Below the pieces are notes generated by a model that saw nothing but the letters and a program-made list of their open reading frames with translations, did not search any database and was not told the origin of the DNA. A program made the translations under genes and the position numbers. From an uncultured candidatus Brocadiaceae bacterium (GTDB taxonomy: Bacteria; Planctomycetota; Brocadiia; SM23-32): a DNA stretch of 64,000 bases. How positions within the stretch are numbered: position 1 is the stretch's first letter; each line of letters opens with the position of its first letter. The DNA lies in the NCBI GenBank assembly GCA_964510315.1, contig CAZEAP010000014.1:25242-89241 (forward strand). Reading direction: 5' to 3'. This document shows, piece after piece, positions 19,664 to 29,561 of this stretch.

Positions 19664-20452
19664 TCACCTCAGCAGAATCAGGCTGGCCGCCATCACCAGC
19701 ATTCCCCCCAGGACCCCCAGGATGGCCAGGTGGTGGTGACCCTCCGCCTGGGCCAGCGGCAGAAGCTCGTCGAAGGCGATGTAGATCATGAAACCGGCCA
19801 CTACGGCCAGCGTGCAGGCCAGCAGAGCGGGGCTGAGGAAGGGCATGAGGGCCAGTCCGGCCAGGGCGGCCCCCAGCGGTTCGCTGACCCCGGAGAGAAA
19901 GGACCACAGGAAAGCTTTCTTCCGGCTGCGGGTTGCGGCGTAGATGGGCACCGCGACCGCCACCCCCTCGGGGATGTTGTGCAGGGCGATCGCCACAGCT
20001 ATGGCCAGCCCGACCGAACGGTCCTGCAGAGTGCCGGCGAAGGTTGCCATTCCTTCCGGAAAATTGTGGATTGCAACCCCGAGAGCGACGAGAAGGGACA
20101 TCTTGCGAAGGGCGTCCGCGTCCTCCGTCGACGCCGGAGATTCCAGAATGTAGCTGTGGGAAACCACCACGTCGATCAGCAACATCAGGACGAACCCCCC
20201 GAACAGGGCCAGGTGGGCCACCACGAATGCCGCCCCGGCGGCCATGGCTCCCTCGGAGAGCCCGTTGATGCCGGCCGGGAGCAGTTCGACGTAGGAGACG
20301 TGGATCATCACCCCGGCTGAGAATCCCAGCGTCACCGCCATGTACCGGTCACTGGGTTCGTGCCAGAAGACTGCCACCAGGCTCCCCACAGTGGTCGACA
20401 GTCCCGCAGCGGCGGTGAGCAGCATAGCGGTGAGGAACGCGTTCGGATACAT
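19664..20452 (-). CDS. zupT: ZIP-family zinc transporter
   Basis: Eight-TM ZIP pattern with conserved HNxPEG (AIALHNIPEG, VAIHNFPEG) motifs. Confidence 0.85.
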   Translation of the reverse strand: MYPNAFLTAMLLTAAAGLSTTVGSLVAVFWHEPSDRYMAVTLGFSAGVMIHVSYVELLPAGINGLSEGAMAAGAAFVVAHLALFGGFVLMLLIDVVVSHSYILESPASTEDADALRKMSLLVALGVAIHNFPEGMATFAGTLQDRSVGLAIAVAIALHNIPEGVAVAVPIYAATRSRKKAFLWSFLSGVSEPLGAALAGLALMPFLSPALLACTLAVVAGFMIYIAFDELLPLAQAEGHHHLAILGVLGGMLVMAASLILLR

Positions 20453-20515
20453 CTGCCCCCCTCAGGGAAGTGGGGAATCCGTCCAGACTGGAGACTATAC
20501 CGTCGCGAGCCTGCT

Positions 20516-20545
20516 TTGACAATGCTCCGGGACCGGACGTACAAT
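20516..20545 (+). promoter_or_regulatory. sigma70-like promoter TTGACA-N18-TACAAT
   Basis: TTGACA at 20516-20521 and TACAAT at 20540-20545, directly upstream of the kinase-like gene. Confidence 0.45.
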
Positions 20546-20556
20546 GAGCAGGAGCG

Positions 20557-22269
20557 TTGTCGCTTTCGATCACGTGGGACAGGGAGCAGATTCGGGTGAG
20601 CGAGACCGACCATTCTCCCGCGGGCACCGGCGAGCTGAGCCAGGGCGACCAGGTGGACGGGATGGAACTGCGGCGGTTGATAGCCGCCGACGAGTTCTGT
20701 TCGCTGTGGGAGACCGCCCCGCCCGATCATGCCGTCTTCGACGCCTGCCTGCGGGTCATACCCGCCGGACACCTGCGTTGCGCCGATGCCGAAGAACGTT
20801 TTCTTTCGGAGCTGGAGCCCTGGGAGGAGATGAAGGGGAAGGACGTGGTCGAGCTGGTGGACCACGGGCGTCGCGGCGACTACTACTTCATGTTGATGCG
20901 CTATTTCCGTCGGGGGTCCGTTGAGCGGCAATGCGACGATTGGGCCGGTTCCCGACTGGCGGAATTCGCTGTGCGTTTCGCCGCCGCCCTGGGCCAGGTG
21001 CACTCCCGGATGGGCGCTCACGGCAACTTGAAGCCGGGCAACGTGTTCTGCCACGGGCGGAAAAGCGTTCTGCTCAGCGACTTCATGCTGCCCCTGTGGC
21101 TGGACGAGATGGAAGCCGGCTCAGAGGCGCTTCATTCCCGGCTTGTCCATTCATACCGGGCTCCGGAGCAGGTTGAGGAGCCGGGCAGCTACACTAAGGC
21201 TTCCGATGTTTACGCGTTCGCGCTCGTGCTGTTGCGCTGCCTGCTGGGCCGGGACCCGGCTTCCATCGAGAACCCGCTGGAGGCTCCCTGGCCGAGCGAG
21301 CTGACGTTTGTGATGGGCAAATGCCTCCAGCAGGATCCCGAGCAGCGTTTCGGAGACGGGGCGGAACTCTACGACGCGCTGCGGCGCGATACGGGTCTGG
21401 AGGTGGAGGCCGCCCCGGTGGCCGGTTCCGCGGAGGCAGCCGCGCCACCGGGCCAGCCAGACGAGGAACTGGTCGCCGAACAGCTCGAGGCGGCCCGGGA
21501 GAAGGTCCGCGAGGGATACCTCCATGAGGCCGTGGGGCTGCTGGAATCCGTGCCCGCAGGCACCGAAGGAATGGATGAACTGCTCGACGAGATCGAGCAG
21601 AGTCGGGAAGAGAGCAATCGGTTGGTGGAAGAAAGCCTCCGCCTGGCAGAAGGCGGCGAAAGGGAAGCCGCCGTGAAGGCCCTCAACCGGGCTTACGAGA
21701 TCTGCCGGGACAGCGCCACCATAGCTTCCCTGAAGGAGGGGATCGCCGGACCCGAGGAAGGGGCCGCTCCCGCCCCGGCCGGAGGGCCCGGGTCTCCGCT
21801 GGTGGAGGCACTGGAGGAGGGCCGCTACTCGGTGGCTCGTCCCCTGCTGGAAAACCAGATTCGGGAGCAGGGAATCACCGGCGAATTGCGTGAGGCCGTC
21901 CGGCGTTTCAAAAGGGGCAGGGTCCGCAAGAGTTTCCTGAATAATGTCCGCGCGGCCCGTCGCCTGTACCTCGCCGGCGAAAAGGAGAAGGCCGCAGAAC
22001 ACTGGCTTGAGGCCGCCCGATGGCTGCCCCCGGGTTCGGAGAGGGAGCGGCTGAGGCGGATTGCCCGGGAGGCCACCCGGGGGAAGTTGCATCTCGACAC
22101 GGAGGCCCTGGCCGGCGCCGGAGAGGGTCCCGCGGTCGCCCAGCCCTGGGCGGACGAAGGCGAGGGCAAGCCGGCCGCTCCGGGGGGCGGGCGGAAATTG
22201 CTCAAGACGGCGATCCTGGTCGTGCTGGCGGTTCTGGCGCTGGTCCTGCTTCTGGCGATTATCTTGTGA
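20557..22269 (+). CDS. membrane-anchored Ser/Thr protein kinase-like protein, probable pseudokinase
   Basis: Kinase subdomains with HGNLKPGN in place of HRDLKPxN (catalytic Asp replaced by Asn), a degenerate DFG (SDFM), and an APE-like YRAPEQ. Long helical/TPR-like C-terminal region and a terminal TM (LLKTAILVVLAVLALVLLLAIIL). TTG start as in the track; the true start may be downstream (GTG 20596 or ATG 20662). Confidence 0.6.
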   Translation: MSLSITWDREQIRVSETDHSPAGTGELSQGDQVDGMELRRLIAADEFCSLWETAPPDHAVFDACLRVIPAGHLRCADAEERFLSELEPWEEMKGKDVVELVDHGRRGDYYFMLMRYFRRGSVERQCDDWAGSRLAEFAVRFAAALGQVHSRMGAHGNLKPGNVFCHGRKSVLLSDFMLPLWLDEMEAGSEALHSRLVHSYRAPEQVEEPGSYTKASDVYAFALVLLRCLLGRDPASIENPLEAPWPSELTFVMGKCLQQDPEQRFGDGAELYDALRRDTGLEVEAAPVAGSAEAAAPPGQPDEELVAEQLEAAREKVREGYLHEAVGLLESVPAGTEGMDELLDEIEQSREESNRLVEESLRLAEGGEREAAVKALNRAYEICRDSATIASLKEGIAGPEEGAAPAPAGGPGSPLVEALEEGRYSVARPLLENQIREQGITGELREAVRRFKRGRVRKSFLNNVRAARRLYLAGEKEKAAEHWLEAARWLPPGSERERLRRIAREATRGKLHLDTEALAGAGEGPAVAQPWADEGEGKPAAPGGGRKLLKTAILVVLAVLALVLLLAIIL

Positions 22270-22294
22270 GCCGGCGAGGACGGGTGCGAAGGAG

Positions 22295-22534
22295 GTGGCT
22301 ACCATCTCGGCGATCGGCAAAGCCCTTATCGTAGCCGGGGCGGTGCTGATGCTGGTGGGAACACTGTTCCTGGCGGGCGACCGGATACCGCTGCTGGGGA
22401 AGCTGCCCGGCGACATCCACATCGAGGGCGAGCGGTTTAGCTTCTACTTTCCCCTGACCACCTGCGTGGTGCTGAGCATTGTTACGACGCTCCTGCTCAC
22501 GCTGGCGGCGCGGTTATTCTTCAGCGGTCGCTGA
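22295..22534 (+). CDS. DUF2905-family small membrane protein
   Basis: GTG start after GAAGGAGG. Two TM helices and a conserved LPGDIHIEGERFSFYFPLTT core. Confidence 0.6.
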   Translation: MATISAIGKALIVAGAVLMLVGTLFLAGDRIPLLGKLPGDIHIEGERFSFYFPLTTCVVLSIVTTLLLTLAARLFFSGR

Positions 22535-22570
22535 GGGGGGAGTCTTGCGGGGCGGGGACCGACGGGGCGG

Positions 22571-22987
22571 TCATTCGCCTTCTTCCTGCTGCTGCTTCCG
22601 GTCGGCGGCCTGCGCCTTCAGGTCTTCGGTTACCCGGGTAGCCCTTCCGGTGCGCCCTCGCAGGTAGTTCAGCTTGGCGCGCCTGACCTTGCCTCTGCGG
22701 ACCACCTTGATGCGCTCGACGTTGGGAGAATGCAGGGGGAATATGCGCTCCACCCCTTCTCCCTGGACAATGCGGCGGACGGTGAAGGTCTCCCGACTGC
22801 CGCTGCCCTTGCGTCCGATACAGACGCCCCGGAACGCCTGGACCCGTTCCTTGCCGCCCTCGCGGATGCGGACGCCGACCTCGACGGTGTCGCCTACGCG
22901 GAACCCCGGAACGTCGTCCTTCATGTGGGGCTCCTCGACCATTCGCAGCAGGTCCTGTCCTTTGGGACGTTCTTCCCGGTCACTCAT
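22571..22987 (-). CDS. rplS: 50S ribosomal protein L19 (with acidic C-terminal extension)
   Basis: FRVGDTVEV...[13 protein letters not shown]...ERIFPLHSP signature. Confidence 0.9.
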   Translation of the reverse strand: MSDREERPKGQDLLRMVEEPHMKDDVPGFRVGDTVEVGVRIREGGKERVQAFRGVCIGRKGSGSRETFTVRRIVQGEGVERIFPLHSPNVERIKVVRRGKVRRAKLNYLRGRTGRATRVTEDLKAQAADRKQQQEEGE

Positions 22988-23711
22988 CTGTCTTCTCCAT
23001 CTGCTGTGGCTCTTTTTCCAAAAGGTCGGACCGCCTGGCCCGGGTGCGTTCTTCGGACTGTTCCCGCCGCCACTTCTCTATCCTCTGGTGATGCCCGCTC
23101 AGAAGGACCTCGGGGACCTTCATCCCGCGAAACTCCGGGGGGCGCGTGTATTGCGGATGTTCCAGGGCTCCCCGGCTGAAGCTGTCTTGCCGGCTGGACT
23201 CCTCATGACCCAGCACGCCGGGAACCAGCCGCACGGCGGCGTCCACTACCACCATGGCGGCCGCCTCCCCTCCGCTGAGCACGTAGTCGCCGATGGAGAC
23301 CTCCTCCACCGGCAGGCCGCGGCGGACGCGCTCGTCGATTCCCTCGTAGTGGCCGCACAGCAGGACTATCCGGTCTGCACGGCTCAGCTCCTCCGCCATG
23401 GCCTGTTGGAATCTTCGGCCTTGCGGCGTCAGCAGTATCAGGCGGCCCTCCGGCTCGGCCATATCCCTGACCGCCTCGTAGCAGCGGTAGACCGGACCGG
23501 GCCGGATCACCATTCCGGGGCCGCCGCCGTAGGGGCGGTCGTCGACCTTGTGATGTTTATCTCGGCTGTAGTCCCGAATGTCGTGCACGTGGTAGGCGAC
23601 CAGGCCCTTCTCCTCGGCGATGCCCGGGATGCTGGTGTGCAGGAAGGGCTCAAACACCTCAGGGAAAAGGGTGAGTATGTCGAACCTGAGCGTAGGGCGA
23701 GCGGCGGCCAT
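22980..23711 (-). CDS. trmD: tRNA (guanine37-N1)-methyltransferase
   Basis: [10 protein letters not shown]-terminus, YGGGPGMV and [10 protein letters not shown] motifs. Confidence 0.9.
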   Translation of the reverse strand: MAAARPTLRFDILTLFPEVFEPFLHTSIPGIAEEKGLVAYHVHDIRDYSRDKHHKVDDRPYGGGPGMVIRPGPVYRCYEAVRDMAEPEGRLILLTPQGRRFQQAMAEELSRADRIVLLCGHYEGIDERVRRGLPVEEVSIGDYVLSGGEAAAMVVVDAAVRLVPGVLGHEESSRQDSFSRGALEHPQYTRPPEFRGMKVPEVLLSGHHQRIEKWRREQSEERTRARRSDLLEKEPQQMEKTDE

Positions 23712-23752
23712 AGTGGCCCCTTTCCCGGCACAGCAGCCGTCGGAGGGCGTGC

Positions 23753-24001
23753 TCAGACCGCGATGCCGACTGAACGCAGCAACTGTGCGACGCTTTCGCT
23801 GGGCTGTGCCCCGACGCTGAGCCAGTGCTCGACTCGCTCGCGGTCGACCGTGACCTTCTCCTCGTCCTCCCCCTGATGCGGGTCGTAGGAGCCGAGGTAC
23901 TCGATCGGCTCACTGTCGCGGGACTTGTGCTGCTCGAAGGCCGCAATGCGCCAGTAGGCCTTGTTCCTGCGTCCGGTTCTTGTCAGCCTGATCCTTACCA
24001 T
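23753..24001 (-). CDS. rpsP: 30S ribosomal protein S16
   Basis: [19 protein letters not shown]... canonical S16 N-terminus. Confidence 0.9.
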   Translation of the reverse strand: MVRIRLTRTGRRNKAYWRIAAFEQHKSRDSEPIEYLGSYDPHQGEDEEKVTVDRERVEHWLSVGAQPSESVAQLLRSVGIAV

Positions 24002-24032
24002 GTGCGCCTTTGGGGTTGTGGTTTTGTGGTGT

Positions 24033-25418
24033 TTACTTTCCGCCTCCGCGCCGGCGGTCCCCGGGGCGGAAGCCTTCCGGCATCTGGTCCATCCCTCCCG
24101 GCATGGAGTCCATCAGGGAGTCCATGTCCCCCTGTCCCATCTTGCGCATGATCTTCTTCATCTGCTTGAACTGTTTGAGCAGCCGGTTGACGGTAACCGG
24201 ATCAGTTCCGCTGCCTTTGGCTATGCGGTGGCGTCGGCTGGCGGTGATGATGGCGGGGCGGGCACGTTCCTCGGGAGTCATGCTGTTGATTATTGCCTCG
24301 ACGTGTCCGATCTCTTTCTCGTCGAACTCCAGTTGATCGAGCTTGGAGCCGATGAACGGGAGATGCCCGAGTATGTCCCGCAGCGGACCCATGCGGCGAA
24401 GGGTTCGTATCTGCTGGCGGAAGTCCTCCAGGTCGAACTCCGCGCGCCGGAGTTTTTCCTCCAGCGCCCGGGCGTCCTCCTCCTCGATAACTTTCTGGGC
24501 TTTCTCCACCAGGCCGACCACGTCCCCCATCCCGAGGATGCGGTCCGCCATGCGGTCCGGATGGAAGGGCTCGAACCTGTCGAGTTTTTCCCCCAGTCCG
24601 ACGAACTTGATGGGTTTGCCGGTAACCGCCTTGATGGAGAGCGCCGCGCCGCCGCGGGCGTCGCCGTCAAGCTTAGTCAGGATAACTCCGTCGAACTCCA
24701 GATGGCGGTTGAACTCCAGTGCGCTGTTGACCGCGTCCTGGCCGGTCATCGCGTCGGCCACCAGGTAGATCTGGTCGGGCTTGATCCGTTTTTTGATCTC
24801 CCGGAGCTCCCCCATCATCTCCTCGTCGATGTGCAGCCGTCCGGCGGTGTCCACGATGACCGGCCCGACGTCCTCCTCGGTCGCCCTGAACCGGGCCTGC
24901 ATGGCGACGGTCAGGGCGTCGGCCCCCTTGTCGCTGACCACCGGGACGTCGCACTGCTCGCCCAGCTTCTCAAGCTGCTCCACGGCGGCCGGCCGTCGCA
25001 CGTCCGCTGCGGCCAGAAGGGGGGAGCAACTGAAGTTCTCCCGCAGGTAGATGGCCAGTTTCGCGCAGCTCGTCGTCTTGCCGCTGCCCTGCAGGCCGCA
25101 AAGCATCAGCACCGTGGGGCTGCCGTCGCCCTTCATGGGAATGCTGGTATCGACCGGGCCGATGAGGGCCTCGATCTCCTCGTGAACGATCTTGACGATC
25201 TGCTGGGCGGGATCGACCCCCTGGATCACCTCTTCGCCGACGGCCTTGGTGCGGACCCGCTCGATAAACTCCTTGACCACCCGATAGTTGACGTCCGCCT
25301 CCAGCAGGGCCAGCCGGACCTCCTTGAGGCCCTCGTCGATGTTCTTCTCGGTCAGCTTGGCGCGGCCCCGAAGCTTCGAGAAGAAACCTTCCAGTGTGTT
25401 GCTCAGGGTCTCAAACAC
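24033..25418 (-). CDS. ffh: signal recognition particle protein Ffh
   Basis: N-domain, GTPase motifs GLQGSGKTT, DTAGR and TKLDG, and a C-terminal M-domain. Confidence 0.9.
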   Translation of the reverse strand: MFETLSNTLEGFFSKLRGRAKLTEKNIDEGLKEVRLALLEADVNYRVVKEFIERVRTKAVGEEVIQGVDPAQQIVKIVHEEIEALIGPVDTSIPMKGDGSPTVLMLCGLQGSGKTTSCAKLAIYLRENFSCSPLLAAADVRRPAAVEQLEKLGEQCDVPVVSDKGADALTVAMQARFRATEEDVGPVIVDTAGRLHIDEEMMGELREIKKRIKPDQIYLVADAMTGQDAVNSALEFNRHLEFDGVILTKLDGDARGGAALSIKAVTGKPIKFVGLGEKLDRFEPFHPDRMADRILGMGDVVGLVEKAQKVIEEEDARALEEKLRRAEFDLEDFRQQIRTLRRMGPLRDILGHLPFIGSKLDQLEFDEKEIGHVEAIINSMTPEERARPAIITASRRHRIAKGSGTDPVTVNRLLKQFKQMKKIMRKMGQGDMDSLMDSMPGGMDQMPEGFRPGDRRRGGGK

Positions 25419-25835
25419 GATAAGCGTCGCTTACAGAAGTAAAGGACTCAGCCGGCCGCCCCGCGGGCATTCCAGCACACCCCACCGAGGACAAAGCCCC
25501 CGACGGCGGCATCCCCCCGCAAGATTCGTTCGGAAAGGGAGTAGTAACGCCGCCCGCTGGAGCGCGAAGCGGCAAACACGGGAAAGGCCACGGGCCACCC
25601 GCCATTTCCCCCTAATTATATCAGAAGGGCGGGGTAGTTCAACCGAAAAGCCCTCCGGCGGCCGCGCGCGGGGCCTCGACCACGGTCCGGTCACATCAGA
25701 CCCCTCGCGGCGCCCGGCCCGCCGTCTCGCCGGCCCTTGCAGCAAAAGCCCCCCGGATGCTAAGCTCTCTGCTGTCGCCGGCGAGACGGCGGGCCGAGAA
25801 TGCTCTCCTCCTTTGTACGTCTCAGGAGCCAGTCC

Positions 25836-26414
25836 ATGGGAAAGTCCAGAGGTCCGACCATCCTTATCAACCTCATCACTGGCTCGCGCCTGCTTCTGGC
25901 CCTGGGAGTGGCGTTGCTGACGCCCTGGCTTGCTGACCGGACGTGGGCCATCGTGGCCGGCACCGGGCTTGTCGCCCTTATCGAGGCCACCGATCTGATC
26001 GACGGTTGGCTGGCCAGGCGGCACGACGCCGTCAGCCAGTTTGGGAAGGTCTTCGACCCCTATACCGACAGCCTCTCGCGCATCACGGTTTACTGGTCGC
26101 TGGCGGTGGTGGGACGAGCCCTGTCGTTCGTCCCTCTTCTGATGGCGCTTCGGGACATCACGGTGGGTTACACCCGCCTGGTGATGAGCCACAAGGGCAA
26201 AGACGTGGCCGCCCGCTGGTGGGGCAAAGGCAAGGCAGTCACCCAGGGGGTTTGTGCGCTGGCGCTGATGTCGGGGCCCTTCTATTGGGGCGAGGCGGGG
26301 GAGTTTATCAAGTACACGCTCAGTTTTGCGGTCGTCTTCGTCACTGTGGTATCGGCCGGCCTCTACGGGATCGAGGCGCTCAGACCTGCCCAGGGGCGCG
26401 AGGCCGCCGGTTGA
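25836..26414 (+). CDS. CDP-alcohol phosphatidyltransferase family protein
   Basis: D-x2-D-G-x2-A-R-x8-G-x3-D-x3-D motif (DLIDGWLARRHDAVSQFGKVFDPYTD), polytopic membrane protein. Confidence 0.7.
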   Translation: MGKSRGPTILINLITGSRLLLALGVALLTPWLADRTWAIVAGTGLVALIEATDLIDGWLARRHDAVSQFGKVFDPYTDSLSRITVYWSLAVVGRALSFVPLLMALRDITVGYTRLVMSHKGKDVAARWWGKGKAVTQGVCALALMSGPFYWGEAGEFIKYTLSFAVVFVTVVSAGLYGIEALRPAQGREAAG

Positions 26415-26432
26415 GACGCACCCCGCAGCCGG

Positions 26433-27683
26433 TCAATATGCCGCCCAGGCAACCACCTGCACGTGGGCGCCGGCGGCGGAGAGTTTCTTGACGCAGCGAC
26501 GTTCGACGATGCCCGAACTGACCACGTCGGAGACCACCAGCGCACCCTCTCCCTCCTCGATAACCGCGTCAACCGCCGGCTCCACGCGCCGGCTTTCCGG
26601 CCCGCTGCTGTCCGCGCGCATCACGTCCCGATAGGGCACCCCGAGCTGGCGGGCTATCGCCTCGGCGAGCTGGCGGGCCGGATACGTGCGGCCGCCCCCG
26701 GCTCCCCCGGGCGCGGGCACGGCCGTTACGAAATCCACCCAGTTGGTCTCCGCTTTCTCGTCCAGCAGGCGGATCAGGTCGTTGGACATACGCTCGGTAA
26801 CCGCGTCGGTCAACTCCCGTTTCCACAGCTTGAACTCCTCCTGCTCGGACCTGGAGAGATCCTGCCAGCGGTGGGCGGCGAAGGCGCCCAGTGTGATGCG
26901 GGCCACGTGGTAGAAAGGTTCCGCTTCCTCCCCCTCCGACTCTGCCACGGTGCCGTGGGCGGTCGCCTCCTTGGCGCTGACGACGGTCTCATGCAGAGAT
27001 GCCTGCTCGGGGACGTAAGCGGCGATGCTCACACGGGGTTTCAGAGACTGAACCTCGCCCCGGTCCCCCAGGCTCAATCGGTAGTTCTCCACGGTTTCCC
27101 GGAGGTTCTCGGCCAACGCCTCGGCCTCGGAGGTCCCCGCCTGGGGTACGACGACCAGGAACTCGTCGCCGCCGAGGCGCCCCACGAGGTGGTCCTCCGG
27201 CACGCTGCTCTCCAGAAGATTGGCGATGTCCTGGAGGACCGCATCCCCGACGGTCTGGCCGAACTCGTAGTTGACCCGATCCAGGTTCACCAGGTCGATG
27301 TCGATCAGCCGCGTGCGCTTGCCGAACTCCTGGGGGCCCATCTCGAAGCGGTCCAGCGCAGTGACCAGGCCCTTCCGGTTGGGCAGACCGGTGAGGGGGT
27401 CGGTAAAGCCGCGTTCGGCGGAGTGCTCCTTGTGGTGGGAGCGCGCCTTCCAGAAAGTGCGCGCCGTGTAGGCCAGCACTACCAGAGACCACACGAACGT
27501 CGCCCACGGCAGCACCTTCAGGAACGTGTTCCGCAGGTCCTCCTGCCGACCCAGCGCCATCGCCCCCGCCAGCAGGAGCGCCACCAGCAGCAGTAGGGCA
27601 AGGAAGGCCCGCCTGGAGGTGCGGTGTATCTGTTCTGTGGCTCCCTCGTCCTCGCTGTCCGATTCTTGCCACATTACCCCCAT
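26433..27683 (-). CDS. membrane-anchored GGDEF diguanylate cyclase fused to a C-terminal ComF-like phosphoribosyltransferase domain
   Basis: N-terminal TM helices, GGDEF domain with intact RLGGDEF. C-terminal roughly 110 aa with a PRTase type-I signature (ALVVSDVVSSGIVERRCVKKLSAAGAHVQVVAWA) resembling ComF. Confidence 0.7.
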   Translation of the reverse strand: MGVMWQESDSEDEGATEQIHRTSRRAFLALLLLVALLLAGAMALGRQEDLRNTFLKVLPWATFVWSLVVLAYTARTFWKARSHHKEHSAERGFTDPLTGLPNRKGLVTALDRFEMGPQEFGKRTRLIDIDLVNLDRVNYEFGQTVGDAVLQDIANLLESSVPEDHLVGRLGGDEFLVVVPQAGTSEAEALAENLRETVENYRLSLGDRGEVQSLKPRVSIAAYVPEQASLHETVVSAKEATAHGTVAESEGEEAEPFYHVARITLGAFAAHRWQDLSRSEQEEFKLWKRELTDAVTERMSNDLIRLLDEKAETNWVDFVTAVPAPGGAGGGRTYPARQLAEAIARQLGVPYRDVMRADSSGPESRRVEPAVDAVIEEGEGALVVSDVVSSGIVERRCVKKLSAAGAHVQVVAWAAY

Positions 27684-28181
27684 GGGTTATTCATCCTCCC
27701 AGTTGCCGGGACGTGTCGACCCTTCTGTAAGAACGGTGGCGGGCGGCCGGGCGCGGCCGCACAGCAGCGCCGTCCCGTCCCCCCGGCACAACTTGATCCG
27801 GAGAGACACCACATAAAGCATACCTTCAAAGCGTTGGCTTTTGCAAGCCCTGCTCCCGCCGCCGGTCGGGACCACGACGCAGGGCTTGTCGGCGCGAGTG
27901 CGCAGGTGCTCCAGAAGCTGCGCTCCGGGCGGGGCACACTCTTCCGAAACCACCGGCGGAACCCGATACCCGGCCCGGCGCGCCCTGGACGTCCTCCGCG
28001 CCTCCACCTGCCCGCAGTGCCGGGCCGTCCTGCACGGGCCGTCCGGACGCGGCAAGCCAAAAGTGTCCTTTCTGTGGTTTCGCGTATACATCCGGCTCCG
28101 TACGCCGATTTGGATTTTGTGTCGTAAGTGCTTCCCCGCGCAAGCCCTGCGGTAAAATGGGTTCGTTTCGTAACCGGGGGT

Positions 28182-29232
28182 CAGTAATCAGTAGTCAGTA
28201 GAGAGTAGTCAGTAGTCAGTAGACAGTGGCCAGTAGGCAGTAGACAGTGGTCAGTAGACAGTAGACAGTGCCGGGCCATCCTGGTCGTACGTGTTCAGCG
28301 TCCAGAGCGACCCGGGCAACGCGGTATATCACACATCGCAGCCCCGCAGGGGCGTTACATACCAGCCCAGGGCATAGCCCTGGGGGTACTTGTAGCGCGA
28401 GCATCCCTGCTCGCAGTGCGCGGTATATCACACATCGCAGCCCCGCAGGGGCGTTACATACACAGCCCAGGGCGTAGCCCTGGGGACCCGGGTGTGGTCC
28501 CAAATAGTTGAGCCCTGTAGGGGCGAGACATACGCCGGGCAGCCGGGCCTCGTCCGGTACATGGCGACATGTCTGTCAACCTCAACGAAAAACGGTAGCA
28601 TCCCTGCTCGGAGTGCGCGGTATACCACACATCGCAGCCCCGCAGGGGCGTTACATACCAGCCCAGGGCGCAGCCCTGGGGGTACTTGTAGCGCGAGCAT
28701 CCCTGCTCGGAGTGCGCGGTATATCACACATCGCAGCCCCGCAGGGGCGTGACATACACAGCCCAGGGCGCAGCCCTGGGGACCCGGGTCCACCCCCCAA
28801 ATAGTTGAGCCCTGTAGGGGCGAGACATACGCCGGGCAGCCGAGACTCGTCCGGTACATGGCGACATGTCTGTCAACCTGAACGAAAGACGGTAGCATCC
28901 CTGCTCGGAGTGCGCGGTATACCACACATCGCAGCCCCGCAGGGGCGTTACATACCAGCCCACGGCGCAGCCCTGGGGGTACTTGTAGCGCGAGCATCCC
29001 TGCTCGGAGTGCGCAGTATATCACACATCGCAGCCCCGCAGGGGCGTTACATACACAGCCCAGGGCGTAGCCCTGGGGACCCGGGTGTGGTCCCAAATAG
29101 TTGAGCCCTGTAGGGGCGAGACATACGCCGGGCAGCCGGGCCTCGTCCGGTACATGGCGACATGTCTGTCAACCTGAACGAAAGACGGTAGACAGTAGTC
29201 AGTAGAGAGTAGTCAGCAGGGAGTAGGCAGCA
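28182..29232. repeat. nested tandem satellite: (CAGTAGN)n microsatellites flanking about three copies of a 297-bp unit built from three diverged 99-bp hairpin-containing subunits
   Basis: CAAATAGTTGAGCCC recurs at 28501, 28798 and 29094. Subunits X, Y1 and Y2 are each exactly 99 bp. Conserved hairpins GCCCC-GCA-GGGGC and CCCAGGGC-(gca/ata/gta)-GCCCTGGG. CAGTAGN heptamers at 28182-28270 and 29188-29232. Confidence 0.85.
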
Positions 29233-29532
29233 CAGGGTTCCCGGATGTTGTGTTGCCGGGTTGTCCAGCCGTTGGGGGAATCCTGTTCGTCGTTCGTTGT
29301 CCCTCCGTCGTTAACTCTGCGTAACTCTGCGTCCTCCGCGGTTAGCAGGACCGTTGAGCGCGGCCATTGTAGCCGTTCGGCGCCCGGGGCGTGTCCGGGT
29401 TGGGCGTTATCGGGGCAACCGATTCGTCTCGCCGGTCCCTGGCCCCACCAGAAGCCCTCTGAGAACCGAAAAATCCGCCGTTCAGCGTTCCGCGAGCCCA
29501 CTCCTGTTGCCAAAAGAGCCCAAAAAAAACCC

Positions 29533-29561
29533 TTGACCCTATTCTAATGAGGGGATATAAT
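29533..29561 (+). promoter_or_regulatory. consensus sigma70 promoter TTGACC-N17-TATAAT upstream of cas3
   Basis: CTTGACCctattctaatgaggggaTATAAT. Perfect -10, near-perfect -35, 17-nt spacer, about 107 nt upstream of the cas3 ATG. Confidence 0.5.

Noticed and set aside
28428-29104. ORFs on both strands inside the tandem satellite (for example 28428..29096 -, 222 aa, Cys/Arg/Ala-rich repeats)
   Set aside because: The 99/297-bp repeat period is a multiple of 3, so any stop-free unit propagates an open frame. Both strands are open. Composition is non-protein-like. Hairpin conservation with a G.U wobble favours a nucleic-acid-level element. Coding cannot be fully excluded (noted in findings).
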